A DNA stretch of 64,000 bases from contig AP026123.1 of NCBI GenBank assembly GCA_030295235.1, positions 2,170,001-2,234,000 on the forward strand, given 5' to 3'. The DNA is from Fistulifera solaris. Lineage: Eukaryota. The notes below the pieces were generated by a model. It ran no database searches, was not told the origin of the DNA, and worked only from the letters and a program-made list of their open reading frames with translations. The translations under genes and the position numbers were made by a program. This document shows positions 36,401-49,500 of the stretch, piece after piece. Position 1 is the first letter of the stretch, and each line of letters starts with the position of its first letter.

Positions 36401-37136
36401 CGATCCACTCACGCAGTTTGCTTGCGTACTTTCTGCTCTTATTCATGATGTTGACCACCCCGGTGTACCAAACACACAGTTGGCCGTTGAGAATCCGCAG
36501 CTCGCCAAGTTTTACAGTAGTAAGAGTATTGCAGAACAGAACTCGGTCGACTTGTCGTGGGAGTTGCTTCAAGACAGCACCTTCAATGACTTAAGACTAG
36601 CCATCTGTCCCACGGAGCACGACCGAATCAGATTCCGTCGGCTTGTGGTAAACTCAGTCATGGCGACGGATATCATGGACAAGGACTTGAAAGCTCTCCG
36701 AAATAAACGCTGGGAAAAAGCATTTTCTGGAAAGAATCAAGAGGAGTCAATGAAAGACGCTGTCGATCGTAAAGCGACCATTGTCATCGAGCACTTAATC
36801 CAAGCTTCTGACGTCTCGCACACGATGCAGCACTGGCATATTTACACGAAATGGAACCAGCGATTGTTCGAGGAGATGTACAGTGCTTACATTCAAGGTC
36901 GATCCACAACCGATCCTTCTGAGAACTGGTACAAGGGCGAGATCGGATTCTTCGACTTCTACATCATTCCATTGGCAAAGAAGCTGCGCGAGTGCGGTGT
37001 CTTTGGTGTTTCCAGCGATGAATACTTGAATTATGCCGAGAAAAATCGGCAAGAATGGGAAGCCCGAGGCAGGGAAGTTGTTGCCGGCATGGTGGAGCGG
37101 CGCACAAGAAGTTTGGCGCGAAGTTGGACTAATTAG
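33461..37136 (+). CDS. Receptor-type guanylate/adenylate cyclase-phosphodiesterase fusion, copy 1 (possible pseudogene)
   Basis: Architecture: TM, CHASE-like domain, TM, cyclase (FADLAGFT, KVETVGDCY, LFGDTMNTASRMES), class I PDE (PFHNFEH, IHDVDH). Three introns. In-frame TGA at 35354-35356. Confidence 0.85.
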
Positions 37137-37544
37137 CGAAACGTTATCCTGTATTGAGGCAGGCCGACTGTGTAACACTTGAAGCAAATACCTTGCTTAT
37201 GAACCCTTTTACTAAAAAGAACTACTCTTTCCAAATAATGATAAGCACTTCCATATCACATCGGTGCTCCCTTCGTCGTCGCAGATTCTCTAGATGCTGA
37301 GCCATCCTCATAATGTCAGCGAATAAAGTATACCAAAGCGGTCTCGAATTGACTTCTTTCCCGTTGTCGCTCACTGTATGTTGCGCATTGGATCCCAAAG
37401 CGTTCGTCGGACCTCTGTTTCGCGCTGGCGATGCAATTCGTGGTCAACGAACTCTGCAATCGGCGCCCCAAATCAAACGCGAGGTAACAGTACTCTAAAA
37501 AAGAGCATGTCTTTTCCAGTAGCTCTGTAAATACAAAGCCCTTA

Positions 37545-38536
37545 TTAATTTTCCGCGCTGGCTTCTATAACATCTTCATCGAGATCAGAACAATCCATCA
37601 TCAAATCGTCCGCGAGATAATCAAGCGCCTCGGCAGATGTCGATCCGGCCAATAACCAATATGCCAGCTCAGATTGAGGCAAAAGCTTGAAAACGGCAAG
37701 ATTGATCGTATTGTCTCCTCGCTCAGCTATTTCGCAATGGTGACCGCGTTTGGCCTTCGGTTGGCAATAGAATTAGAAGAGCACCGTCCTCTTACGGCGG
37801 AAAAGATCAGTGAAAAGTTTCCGCCATCGATATAAGTCCATCAATTCTTTTTCTGGAGCAGCTTTTCTTTCCAATGGTTCACAACCAATCAGAGTGTCCT
37901 TCGATAAATGTTCCCCAGGATGGCACTTGAGACGATTCTCCCACTGAATTCCAGCGATGGACGATCCGTGGGCGCACCAGACGACGTAGCAGCCGTGCCG
38001 AATCAGCGATCCCAAAAGTCCACAAATAATAGCCGCCTGGCCGTGATAGTTATCAACGAGCGATGAGGAAACTTTCTGCGGCTGTGTAATCTTCAATTCG
38101 CTCACTGTTCGTCAGGTTTTGATACAAGAAGTCTTTCGAATAAAGTGAGTTTGACTTTAGGCTGTTTTCGCTTCCAGAAGCCAAGGTCTAACCAATTTCC
38201 GGGCTTTCTTGTTTCCTTGTCTTCGTTGCACGAGCCTCTTTGTCGCCTTTAGCATCAACTTTGCGTAGTATGTCCCTCGGCATAACCTCGAGCCGCGCTT
38301 TGACTGTGCATTGTTCGCTGAATCGTTTGCAACTTTCGTTGTGCCTTGCTCTTCGTCCACTTCTGCAGCAAGTTCGCACAAAGTCTCCAGTCCGTGATAT
38401 CGAATTGTAACAGTAATCTCGTCTTTCCGTCTTTGCATGCAACACATGTAAAACCGCCTTCTTCAAAAAAATCTTGTGCTTCCTGGTTGCCAGCCGCTTG
38501 GGGACTGCCGAGTGTTTCATCTGGCTGTTCATTCAT
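37545..38536 (-). pseudogene. Interrupted hypothetical gene of unknown family
   Basis: ORF 37773-38105 continues in the same frame past its stop (…GDNTINLAVFKLLPQSELAYWLLAG…EDVIEASAEN*). An upstream ATG ORF lies at 38255-38536. Confidence 0.4.
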
Positions 38537-40199
38537 ACTCGTTTTTTATTCATCCGTAATAGAAGCAACAGTCTCTTCCGCTCCCCTCTAACTGTTTCCT
38601 ATGGATGAAATAATGTTCTGTCTCTTTCAGTGACGCTGCTGCAATAATCAGTACACTGACCCGTCAGAAACGGCGAATAAACAAGATGCCGACTTCTCTT
38701 CGATTGGAACGGGCGTGGCAGTAGTCGGCGAATTGCAAATACGCTGTTAACTTAGCGATACACAAGATGCGGACGAAGATTGCATTACAAACGTTTGGTA
38801 GACGAACAACAGGTGTTATTGTTGTTGTTGCATGCAATCACCAGTTTGATGTCGCACGACATGCCACTGCGACATCACCATAGGAGAGATTCAAAGTTTT
38901 GCCAAGTTTTCAACAGCTTTTTGTTTGAAAACCTTTTGGCCCGCGCTTCCACCGTTTGTTTTTGACTCGACAAAGAGCCGACGGATAGTTGAACTTACGT
39001 GAAGGGAAGAAGATGAAAATTATATTTCCGTGCCATGTCCACTGCGGAGTGACTGCTCAGTCACGACGCGCTCGTAGTCTTCGCATTCCGCTAGCCGGAT
39101 GCCGAAATGCTTCCAGCTTTCGATATTCGCAAGCGCCCACGAAGTAAATAGTTGTCTTCTCTAGCTACCAGGAAATGTATTAGCTTGGTTGCATAACGAC
39201 ATTAATTGATGGTATCTGCAGTATTGTTGGTCAAATATTGAGATCCTAGAGAGAGGCGTCATAATCAAGAAAATTTCAACCTGATGATGGCTTCCATTAG
39301 CGAAAGGAACAAATTACAGTATCTTGGTTGCTTTTAAGGAACTTCACTAATCATTGATGATCACTCATCAATGGTATCTTTAGTATCCGTACTCCACCAT
39401 AAGTTGGTTGACAGTTGACAGCAGCAAGTCACACCTCTCCACAATCCCAATCCCGAAAACTCCTTAAAATCGCACTTCGCCGCCGCAACCCCGTCCCTCC
39501 GCACCCGTTCCCAAGTAGAAGCTAGAGAGACTCTAGAGACTCTAGAGACTCTAGAGGGTCTAAAGTCTAAAGAGAGATTCTAATGAGTCAGAGAGAGTCG
39601 AGCAGTCCATCAAGAACAAAGGCCGAAGACCGAGGACGAGGACCCTCGTCTCTCTCTAGAAAAAGTCATCGGCGATCGGCGTCGAAAAAATAATACGGAG
39701 TAGCAAGTAGCACAAACTCTAAACACGTGGAACGTGGAATAGTTTACGGAGTATTTTAGTGTTTTCGGTTTTTTCGGGCGTCTTAACATCGAAGTTCTAA
39801 AAGTTCTAAATTACGGCTTGTGACGTTATTTGTGACTTGTGACTTGTGACCATTAACCTATCTTCTGTCTGACGTCTGACGTCTGACATTCCGCCTAAGG
39901 CCTAAGCTACAAAAGGTTATAAAGCGCTCACGAAGGCCAAAGGCCCATGAGTTCATCAACCATAAACCATTAATCAATAACGCCCAAAGCAAAACGAAAA
40001 ACGGACATTTCCTTTGATTTACTACGACCCGGAACTACCTACTACCGTCTTTGTTCATTTTTTTTACTGGGTCGCGTGTCGCGTCTTCCTCTTTTACATC
40101 TCCGGTCTCCGCTCATCGTAAGGATTTTGTGGAACTACAAGAATAAAACAAAAACAGACCGGAATAAGAAAATTGCGTGCACAGACCAAGAAATAAGGA

Positions 40200-43100
40200 A
40201 TGACAACCGACGGCGATTACTCTTGGAGTGTCGATGGCGGCGCGTCATCGTCGGATGGTGAGAACCATCGTTCCTCTGCTATGGACTCTATTGAGGAAGA
40301 AAAGGCCGAAGAAGCTGCTATCGCGGAACTGACACGGCGCGAGACGAGAGGTGTGCAAATGTGGAGAATATTCACCCTACTCACCTTAGTTGCCGTGTCT
40401 GTGGCGGTGTCGATAACTACCTTTCTGCTTCTACGAAACAAGGACGTTGACGAGTTCAATGACAGTGTACGTTTGAATGCCTCGGTTACTCCATATCCTT
40501 TTATCTGCGTTGACATGGATGCTAACTCGTCTGAATATGTTTCAGTACACATTCTTTGCAGCAACAATCCGAAATTCGGTTGAATCCCACGTTCACGATG
40601 TTTTCAGTTCCGGTAAAATGGTTGCAGGACAGATAACCAAAGCAGCGACCGAGAAGGGCGAGAAATTTCCCTTTGTGACAGTTGATTTATTTGAAGTCGT
40701 AAGCAGACAAGCAAGGGAAATGTCAGGTGTGGAAGAAATGATGTGGTGTCCCATAGTCGATGTCGGCGAGTATGATGCATGGACGAACTACTCCACTGAA
40801 AATTTGGGCTGGCTAGACAAATCCATTGCACTTTACGCCATTGAACCTGGACACAGCATTATGGAGGGTGACTTTCAGCGCACCGATACCAACTATTCGA
40901 TATCTAACCCTATTCCTGGCACACCTATTAGCCAAGGCCCTTGGTCTCCAATTTGGCAAATCTCTCCACCACCGACCACCTCATACGTCATCAACGTCGA
41001 TATGTTAGCGTACGAAACAAAAATATTGGTTGAAGCCATTGGAACATTCCGAACAGGCTTGATGTCCAAAGTCATTGCAACGCCGGGTCAAGAGAATGTA
41101 CCTCCACGTTGCGTCGTAGTGCACCCGATTTTCGAGAGTTTGTTCCACAAGGATACCGCAGAGATCGTGGGTCACGTCTACAGTATGTTTCTTTGGGAAG
41201 CGTACCTCGTAAATCTGCTCCCAGAAGGTGTTTCCGGAATAACCGCTGTTTTAACGAATAACTGTGGTCAGTCTTTCACATATAGTTTGAACGGTACTTC
41301 GGTAAGCACCCTGACATGCACTGCGATCGTTGAAGTCCAGAACCGGCTCTTACCTCCTTTCTTTCCCCTCCTCCCCGCCTTCAGGCCACATTTATTGGTT
41401 ACGGTGACAAGCATGATACTCGGTATGATCACATGGAAACAATCGTACCTTTTTACGAGATGGAACGCGATCTCACCAAGGAAGAGCTAACTGCTGTGAA
41501 AGGCCATTGCTTATTTGACCTCCACGTTTACCCTACCAGGGAGTTCGAAAAACAGTACGATTCTTCCAATCCAGTGCAAGCAACCAGTATGCTTGCGTTT
41601 GCCTTCTTATTTATGATAGCAGCGTTCCTTATGTTCGATTGCTTCGTCATTCGACGAAACCGCAAATTAATAATGGCCATGAGCCGAACAAACGCGATTG
41701 TGTCATCAATGTTTCCATCCAACGTGCGCGATCGCATCTTTGCCCAGGCCAAACACGAGAACGAAAAAAAGAAGGCCCTCAATGATAAGAGTCGACTCAA
41801 AACGTTTCTGTCCGATGGATACGAAGGAAGCAACGAAATAGGTGACGGTGGCGATGGAAATGATGAGGTCATGTACAAGACCAAGCCCATCGCTGACCTA
41901 TTTCCAGAAACCACAGTCTTATTCGCAGGTAAGAAACCAAACCGCGACAAGAACGGGTTTCACGGTGTTTGCCGAGTCCCTAACAACTATTCCCACTCTT
42001 GATAATGCTAGATTTGGCAGGATTCACAGCTTGGAGTTCCATGCGTGAGCCGACGCAAGTGTTCATTCTCTTAGAGACCATCTACAAGGCCATGGATGAC
42101 ATTGCCAAAGCACGTCGAGTGTTCAAGGTCGAGACCGTGGGTGATTGTTATGTTGCCGTTACCGGTCTACCCGATCCGCGAAAGGACCACGCCGTCGCCA
42201 TGTGTCGTTTCGCACTCGACTGCGTCCAAAAAATGGATGTCTTGACAAGAAAGCTGGAGGTGATTCTCGGTCCCGATACAACAGATCTCAAGATGCGCGT
42301 TGGTTTGCACAGCGGTCCAGTGACAGCTGGTGTGCTACGCGGTGAGCGTTCGCGGTTCCAGCTGTTCGGTGACACTATGAACACAGCCAGCAGAATGGAA
42401 TCCAATGGACTACCCGGAAAGATTCACATCTCCCAAGAAACGGCACGGCTTTTGATCGCTGCGGGTAAAGAGCATTGGGTAACTCCGCGAGGAGAAAGTT
42501 GTGGCGAAGGGTAAAGGAGAGTTGCAAACGTACTGGCTGGTTACAACAAAAGCCTCGAACCATACACGCAGTGACACCGCTTCAAGTGACAACTCGGGCG
42601 ATCACGACGGAGCGTCGGTGACCGACTTGGCTTTCGACAACAATTTACCAGTGACGGACGAAAAAACCGAACGCCTTGTGCAGTGGAACGTTGAAGTCCT
42701 CGCAGCTCTGCTTAAAAAAGTGATCGCTCGCCGTAAAGATATTGTGAACGCCAAGCAATCGAACCGCCCGGCAAGTGCTTCCAAAGTAACGACGACGCCG
42801 TTGGAAGAAGTGCAAGAGATTATTCGCATGCCGGTGTTTAAAAGGGGTAAAGGAATCGAAATAAAAGAAGAAGACCTCAGCAATGCCGTTCTCGAGCAAC
42901 TCAGAGAATACGTTTCTGCAATTGCCTCCATGTATCGCAACAACCCGTTCCACAACTTCGAGCACGCTTCCCATGTCACCATGTCTGTAGTCAAACTTCT
43001 CTCTCGTATCGTGGCGCCTGACGTCGATGTGGTAAACAGCGACTTGGAGTCCACCTTGCACGATTACACATACGGCATCACATCGGACCCGCTCACGCAG

Positions 43101-43811
43101 TTTGCGTGTGTGTTTTCGGCTCTGATTCACGATGTCGATCATTCAGGTGTACCGAATACACAACTCGCCATCGAGAATCCCCAGCTTGCTAATTATTACA
43201 AAGAAAAGAGTATCGCGGAACAGAATTCGGTCGATTTGTCGTGGGAGTTGCTTCAAGATAGCAATTTCAAAGATTTGAGACTCGCCCTCTGCCCCACCGA
43301 CTATGACCGAATCAGGTTTCGCCAGCTGGTTGTTAACTCCGTCATGGCCACGGATATCATGGATAAAGATTTGAAGAATCTTCGAAACAAACGCTGGGAA
43401 ATAGCTTTTGACAGGAAGAACGTGGAGGAATCCTCAACCGATGCTGTCGATCGCAAGGCCACTATTGTCATCGAGCACTTGATTCAAGCATCGGATGTCT
43501 CGCACACGATGCAGCACTGGCATATTTACAGAAAGTGGAACCAAAGGTTGTTCGAGGAGATGTATAGCGCCTACATTCAGGGCCGCTCGGCGACCGATCC
43601 GTCCGACAACTGGTACAAAGGAGAGATTGGCTTTTTTGACTTTTATATCATTCCCCTGGCAAAGAAGCTGCGCGAGTGCGGTGTATTCGGTGTTTCGAGT
43701 GATGAATATCTGAACTATGCCGAGAAGAATCGTCAGGAATGGGAAGCAAGAGGCATGGAAGTCGTCGCCGGCATGATAGAAACGGCGCACAAAAAGTTCG
43801 GCACGAAGTAG
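40200..43811 (+). CDS. Receptor-type cyclase-phosphodiesterase fusion, copy 2
   Basis: Same architecture and three intron positions as copy 1; one apparent 2-nt deletion near 42490. Confidence 0.92.
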
Positions 43812-46552
43812 GAAATTCTCCTTGTGAACATTTATACCAGTTAAGCATTTACTAATAGTCAAAATCGTTGTTGCAATTGAATAGTACAAGTACCAGGGGT
43901 AATAGCTCATTCTCATTCAAATCATCATCGCATTCGGCGGACCTTTCGCTTCGTCGATCGAGCAGTAGGTTTTTGACATGGTGTTTTTGGCGTCCGTCAG
44001 GCGCACCTCGCAATACACTTCGACCTTTTATTTTCTTCGTCATTATATTTGGCTGCAATAACCAAGCACTACTCTAACTTTATGATGCCTTGATCGACTT
44101 TACGTTTCCCGATTTCTTCAGCAACAACGGACGAACAGCTGCATAGAATGTTGGCGACAGGGTCCTCACAATCGCCGGCTTCCGGTAGGAGTCGGCGGTT
44201 ATTCGATGAAGTCGTAGTAGTCATGGCGATCGAAATTGTGACGTTCAAACAATGTCAAGTGGTTGGCAAACGGAAGCATCGCTGTCCGTCGCGAAGCACG
44301 TCAAATTCGGGTTGTGTGTTTGTGTGTTTGTTACGCTGAGTCCGGCTATTTCGACCGGTATAATGGGACATTTGCTGCTCTTGACTGAACTCGTCCTTTG
44401 AATTTCACGTAGCCCGAGGCGCTGCGCTCTACCGATTTACAGGTTAAGATTTGTTTAATGACGATACCGATCATGTGGCGGTCCTGGCCGTTCTCTCTGT
44501 GCTAAAGCAAGCATTCTTTGAGAGCTTATTTGGGTTGTTGCTACGCCTCGTTGACCTTGCCTCCTATTCCCAAACGAATGAATGAGCAAGCATTGGTTCA
44601 CATCGTTCAACTGAGTAATACAGACGCGACTTGGACTTAAAATTATCATCGACGAATCCGCAACTCGCTTGCACCTGGTCTCGGGGTGCAGACTGACTCT
44701 CAAACCGGCCTCTTTCTTGGGTGTCCCGTGCACTCCAACCAATCTTTGAGAGACGCCGGACTATGAAAGACAACTTACGTAATAAGCGGGGTTTCATCTC
44801 ACACACTCTGACCGAATCAATATACATGTGCCGACGTAAGGAGAAAGTAGCTAGAAACACACTGAACGGAGGCTGAATGATTGACGTCGGCAGAATGGAA
44901 GTCGAGTGGACTATTATACTCTCCTTAGAGTTCTACTTGCCCTTAGCTAAAGGTATTTATTTCAAAGGTGAGTCCGCAGTAAAATTTCTCCCCAGATCAT
45001 GAACTAATAAGAGTGGCCTTGAATGCAACTTTTAATTTTTTTGCATCAGTAGTCTAGTAGAAATACGTAACGGGCTGAATCATCCGCATTCCGTGTTTTG
45101 GAATCCCTCTCTAGTCTCTAGAGAATCTTGAATAAGTGATTTTTGGCTTGTCAAATACGTGACAGACAGCGTGTGCGTGTGAAAGCTTTTAGCTTTTTAG
45201 TTCCCCATGTCATGCACGTCTCATGTCTCATTGGCACGTTTGCACGTTTGGCTTCCGACTTCTGAGCAATCTGCAATAAGGACGTATAAAAATGTACGGA
45301 GGATCTGCAATTGTGAATGTACTCATTCTCCGTTACTGTAGGCAGTAAAGGGTGAAGGGTGAAAGAGTAAGAAGTAAGAAGAATTAAGGATGTGGGAAGA
45401 GGCAAATCGCGGTTGGCGGTTTGAAGTTTCAGATTGCGATTACAAGTAGTAGACTAGTTACAAGTTACAAGTAGACCTATCTAGCCGGAGCCAAAAGCCA
45501 AAAGCCAAAAGTCAAACCAAAGAAATTTATTTCGCGTCTCATGCCGTCGTGTCTCATGCCGTCGTGATCGACGATCAACAATCGACAAAGGAGCCTGGAG
45601 CAGCGCAAGAGTTGAGTGAGAGAGAAGCAAGCATAGTCTAGACTAGAGCTCGCGCTAGCCTTATTTTTTGCTAGGCTCACGGGTCACGCGCACTGCGCAC
45701 TTATCACTTATACCAGGTAGGGACAGTCAGACGTCAGACTTTGTCCTCCATCCATCCTCCGCCATCCGTTATTCGTCTAAAGTCTAAAGCACTATTTCTG
45801 CTATTGCCCTAACATGCCTACAGTACTTGTAAGTAGGGAACAGTGAAAAGGACGAATGACTGTATTGGCCGAAATACCAAATACCAAATAATACCACAAG
45901 TCATTGGCCCCTACGACGTACGACGTAGCATTTACTACGGCAATGATGTCTAATGTCTAATGTCGTCAATATCTGTGATCTGTGCGTACTTTTACACTTT
46001 ACACTTGGGGCTGTGGCTATTGTTTTTCGGTTTTTCGGACACAAAAGTCCAAACCCGTAAAACACGTTGCGCGCAGCGTTTAGCGTGTAGCGCAGTACGT
46101 AGTAGCGCATAGCGCATCATGACTCATGACTCAGACCGCAGACAGCGCATGCAATATGCAATCCCCAATCCCCAATGCGAACGCGTAATAAGTAATAAGT
46201 AACAGCGACCACAAAAGTATTGTACGTACTAGTCTCTACTATCTATGTAATACATATTACATATCGGTAGTAAAAAACGGAAGGCCCTTAGCCCTTAGGC
46301 GACTTAGGCCGAACTTATTTCCTCGTAAAACCTACTCCGAGATGACTGTAGTCTGTAGTTATAAGTACTCGTATGACTCGTATCTCGTATTCATTTTCCG
46401 CCCTTCCCACGAGCCCAGGAGAAAAGCTACCAAAGAGGGGCCGCGGACAAAAGGCGAAATAAACCGAAACAACCAACAGGAATAAGCGACAAGTCCGATT
46501 GCAAAATCATTATCATAAATAAAAATATTTGCGTGCACACGAGAAAGAAAGA

Positions 46553-49500
46553 ATGATGAAAGACGAAGACGATCAATCTTGGAGCGTCGATGGTGGCGAA
46601 TCGTCCGATGGTGAGAATCATCGTCCCTATGGAATGGACACCATCGAGGAAGAAAAGGCCGAAGAAGCTGCTGTCGCCGAGCTGACACGTCGAGAGACGA
46701 GGGGAGTGCAAATGTGGAGAATTTTCACCATGCTCACCTTAGTGGCCGTGTCTGTGGCGGTTTCGACCATCACTTTCCGTCTCCTTCAAGATCAGGATGT
46801 CGACGAATTCAAAGACAGTGTGAGTACATCTCGTCGGTCATACCACTTTCGCTCGTCGCGTCCGACTTCTAACTCTCCTCGGCATGCTTCAGTATACCTT
46901 CTTCGCAGCAGCCATCCGAAACTCTGTTGAATCCCACGTTCGCGACATATTCAGTGCAGGTGAAATGGTTGCAGGACAGGTTACAAAAGCGGCGACGGAG
47001 AAGGGCGAGAAATTTCCCTTTGTGACGGTCAGTTTATTCGAAGTCGTTGGCAGACAAGCGAGGGAGATGTCTGGTGTAAATGAAATGATGTGGAGTCCGA
47101 TGGTGGGCAGTGACCAGTACGATGCATGGACGAACTACTCCGCTGAAAATATCGACTGGATGGAGGAGTCCATTGCACTTTACGCCATTGAGCCTGGTCA
47201 CAATCGGACGCAAGAAGACTATATGCTCTTCGATACCGATTTTTCGATATCTGGCCAAATCCCCGGGACACCTGTCGGTCCAGGCCCATGGTCGCCTATT
47301 TGGCAGATATCTCCACCTCCGAACAACACGTTTGTCATCAACATTGATATGTTGGCGTTTGGAACTCAAATCTTGCATGATGCCGTTGAAATGTTCCGCA
47401 CTGCATTGATGTCTGAAGTCATCGCATCAACTGATTTAATGAAACCGCCAGAATGCGTCGTGGTCCACCCTGTTTATGAAAGCTTGTTCAACAAAGATAC
47501 CGCGAGAGATCGTGGGTCACGTCTACAGCTTGTTTCCTTGGGATGCATACCTAAAAATTTGCTTCCGGAAGGTGTTTCCGGAATCACCGCCGTTCTGAGG
47601 AACAGCTGTGGTCAGTCTTTCACCTATACTTTAGACGGTACTTCGGTAAGCATCTCGAGTTGCACTGCGAGCTGATTTTTGCGCCGACTCTTACCTCCTC
47701 TCTTCTTCTGCTCTTTCTTCAGGCCACATTCATCGGTTACGGCGACAAACATGACACTAACTACGATCACATGGAAACGATTGTCCCTTTTTACGATGTT
47801 GCCCATAGTTATGGCGAGAAAGATCTAAGTGTTGATAAGGGGCACTGCTTGTTTTACCTTCACGTCTATCCCACCAGGGAGTTTGAAGAAAAGTATGATT
47901 CTTCCAATCCAGTGCAAGCGACAACGATGCTTGTGTTTGCCTTTGCTTTCATGATAACAGCGTTCCTGATGTTCGATTGCTTCGTCATTCGAAGAAACCG
48001 CAAGTTGTTGATAGCCATGAGCCGAACAAATGCGATCGTGTCGTCTTTGTTTCCCTCCAATGTACGCGACCGTATTTTCGCCCAAGCCAAACAAGAAAAC
48101 GAAGAAAAGAAAGCCCTGAACGGGAAGAGTCGTCTGAAGACATTCTTGTCTGCTGGAACAGAGCAGGACAACGAAATGGGTGATGGTGGCGACGGGAACG
48201 AGGAATACATGTACAAGACAAAGCCAATTGCCGACCTTTTTCCAGAAACCACTATCTTATTCGCAGGTAGGTGCCGAATGCAAACAGAGTGACCAGACTA
48301 CATGCATTAATCCATTAAGTCAAGTTGCTCACACCGTTTTTCCTTCGTCAAACTCGCGAATTCCAGATTTGGCAGGATTCACAGCCTGGAGTTCCATGCG
48401 TGAGCCGACGCAAGTGTTCATTCTCTTAGAGACCATTTACAAGGCCATGGACGACATTGCCAAGGCTCGTCGAGTATTCAAGGTCGAGACCGTGGGTGAT
48501 TGTTATGTTGCCGTAACCGGTCTACCTGATCCTCGAAAGGACCACGCCGTCGCGATGTGTCGCTTCGCACTGGACTGCGTCCAAAAGATGGATGTATTGA
48601 CAAGAAAGTTGGAGGTGATTCTCGGTCCTGATACGACCGATCTCAAGATGCGCGTTGGTTTGCACAGCGGCCCTGTGACGGCTGGTGTTCTTCGTGGTGA
48701 GCGTTCGCGTTTCCAGCTGTTCGGCGACACCATGAACACAGCTAGCAGAATGGAATCAAATGGACTACCCGGAAAGATTCACATCTCGCAAGAAACTGCA
48801 AGGCTTTTGATCGCTGCGGGTAAAGAGCATTGGGTAACTCCGCGAGAGGAGAAAGTTGTGGCGAAGGGTAAAGGAGAGTTGCAAACGTACTGGCTGGTTA
48901 CAACAAAAGCCTCGAACCATACTCGCAGTGAAACCGCTTCCAGTGACAACTCTGGCGATCACGACGGAGCCTTGGTTGCTGATCTTCCTTTCGACAAAGC
49001 TTCGCCGGCAATGGACGAGAAAACCGATCGACTTGTTAAGTGGAACGTGGAAGTTCTTGCAGCTCTGCTCAAGAAAGTGATTGCTCGCCGTAAAGATATA
49101 GTAAATACCAAGCAGTCGGCCTGCGCGGCAAGTGTTTCCAAAGTAACGACAACACCGTTGGAAGAAGTGCAGGAGATTATTCGCATGCCGGTGTTCAAAC
49201 GGGGCAAAGGAACGGAAATGAAAGAAGAAGACCTCAGCAACGCCGTCGTGGAGCAGTTGAGGGAGTATGTTTCAGCGATTGCCTCCATGTATCGCAACAA
49301 CCCGTTCCACAACTTTGAGCACGCTTCCCATGTCACCATGTCCGTGGTCAAACTCCTCTCCCGTATCGTGGCGCCGGATGTTGACGCCGTCAACAGCGAC
49401 TTAGAGTCCACCTTGCACGATTACACATACGGTATCACTTCAGATCCGCTCACGCAGTTCGCTTGCGTGCTTTCGGCTTTGATTCACGATGTCGACCACC

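Noticed and set aside
43852..44900. Short minus-strand ORFs after cyclase-PDE copy 2
   Set aside because: Fragmentary with multiple stops and no family motif.
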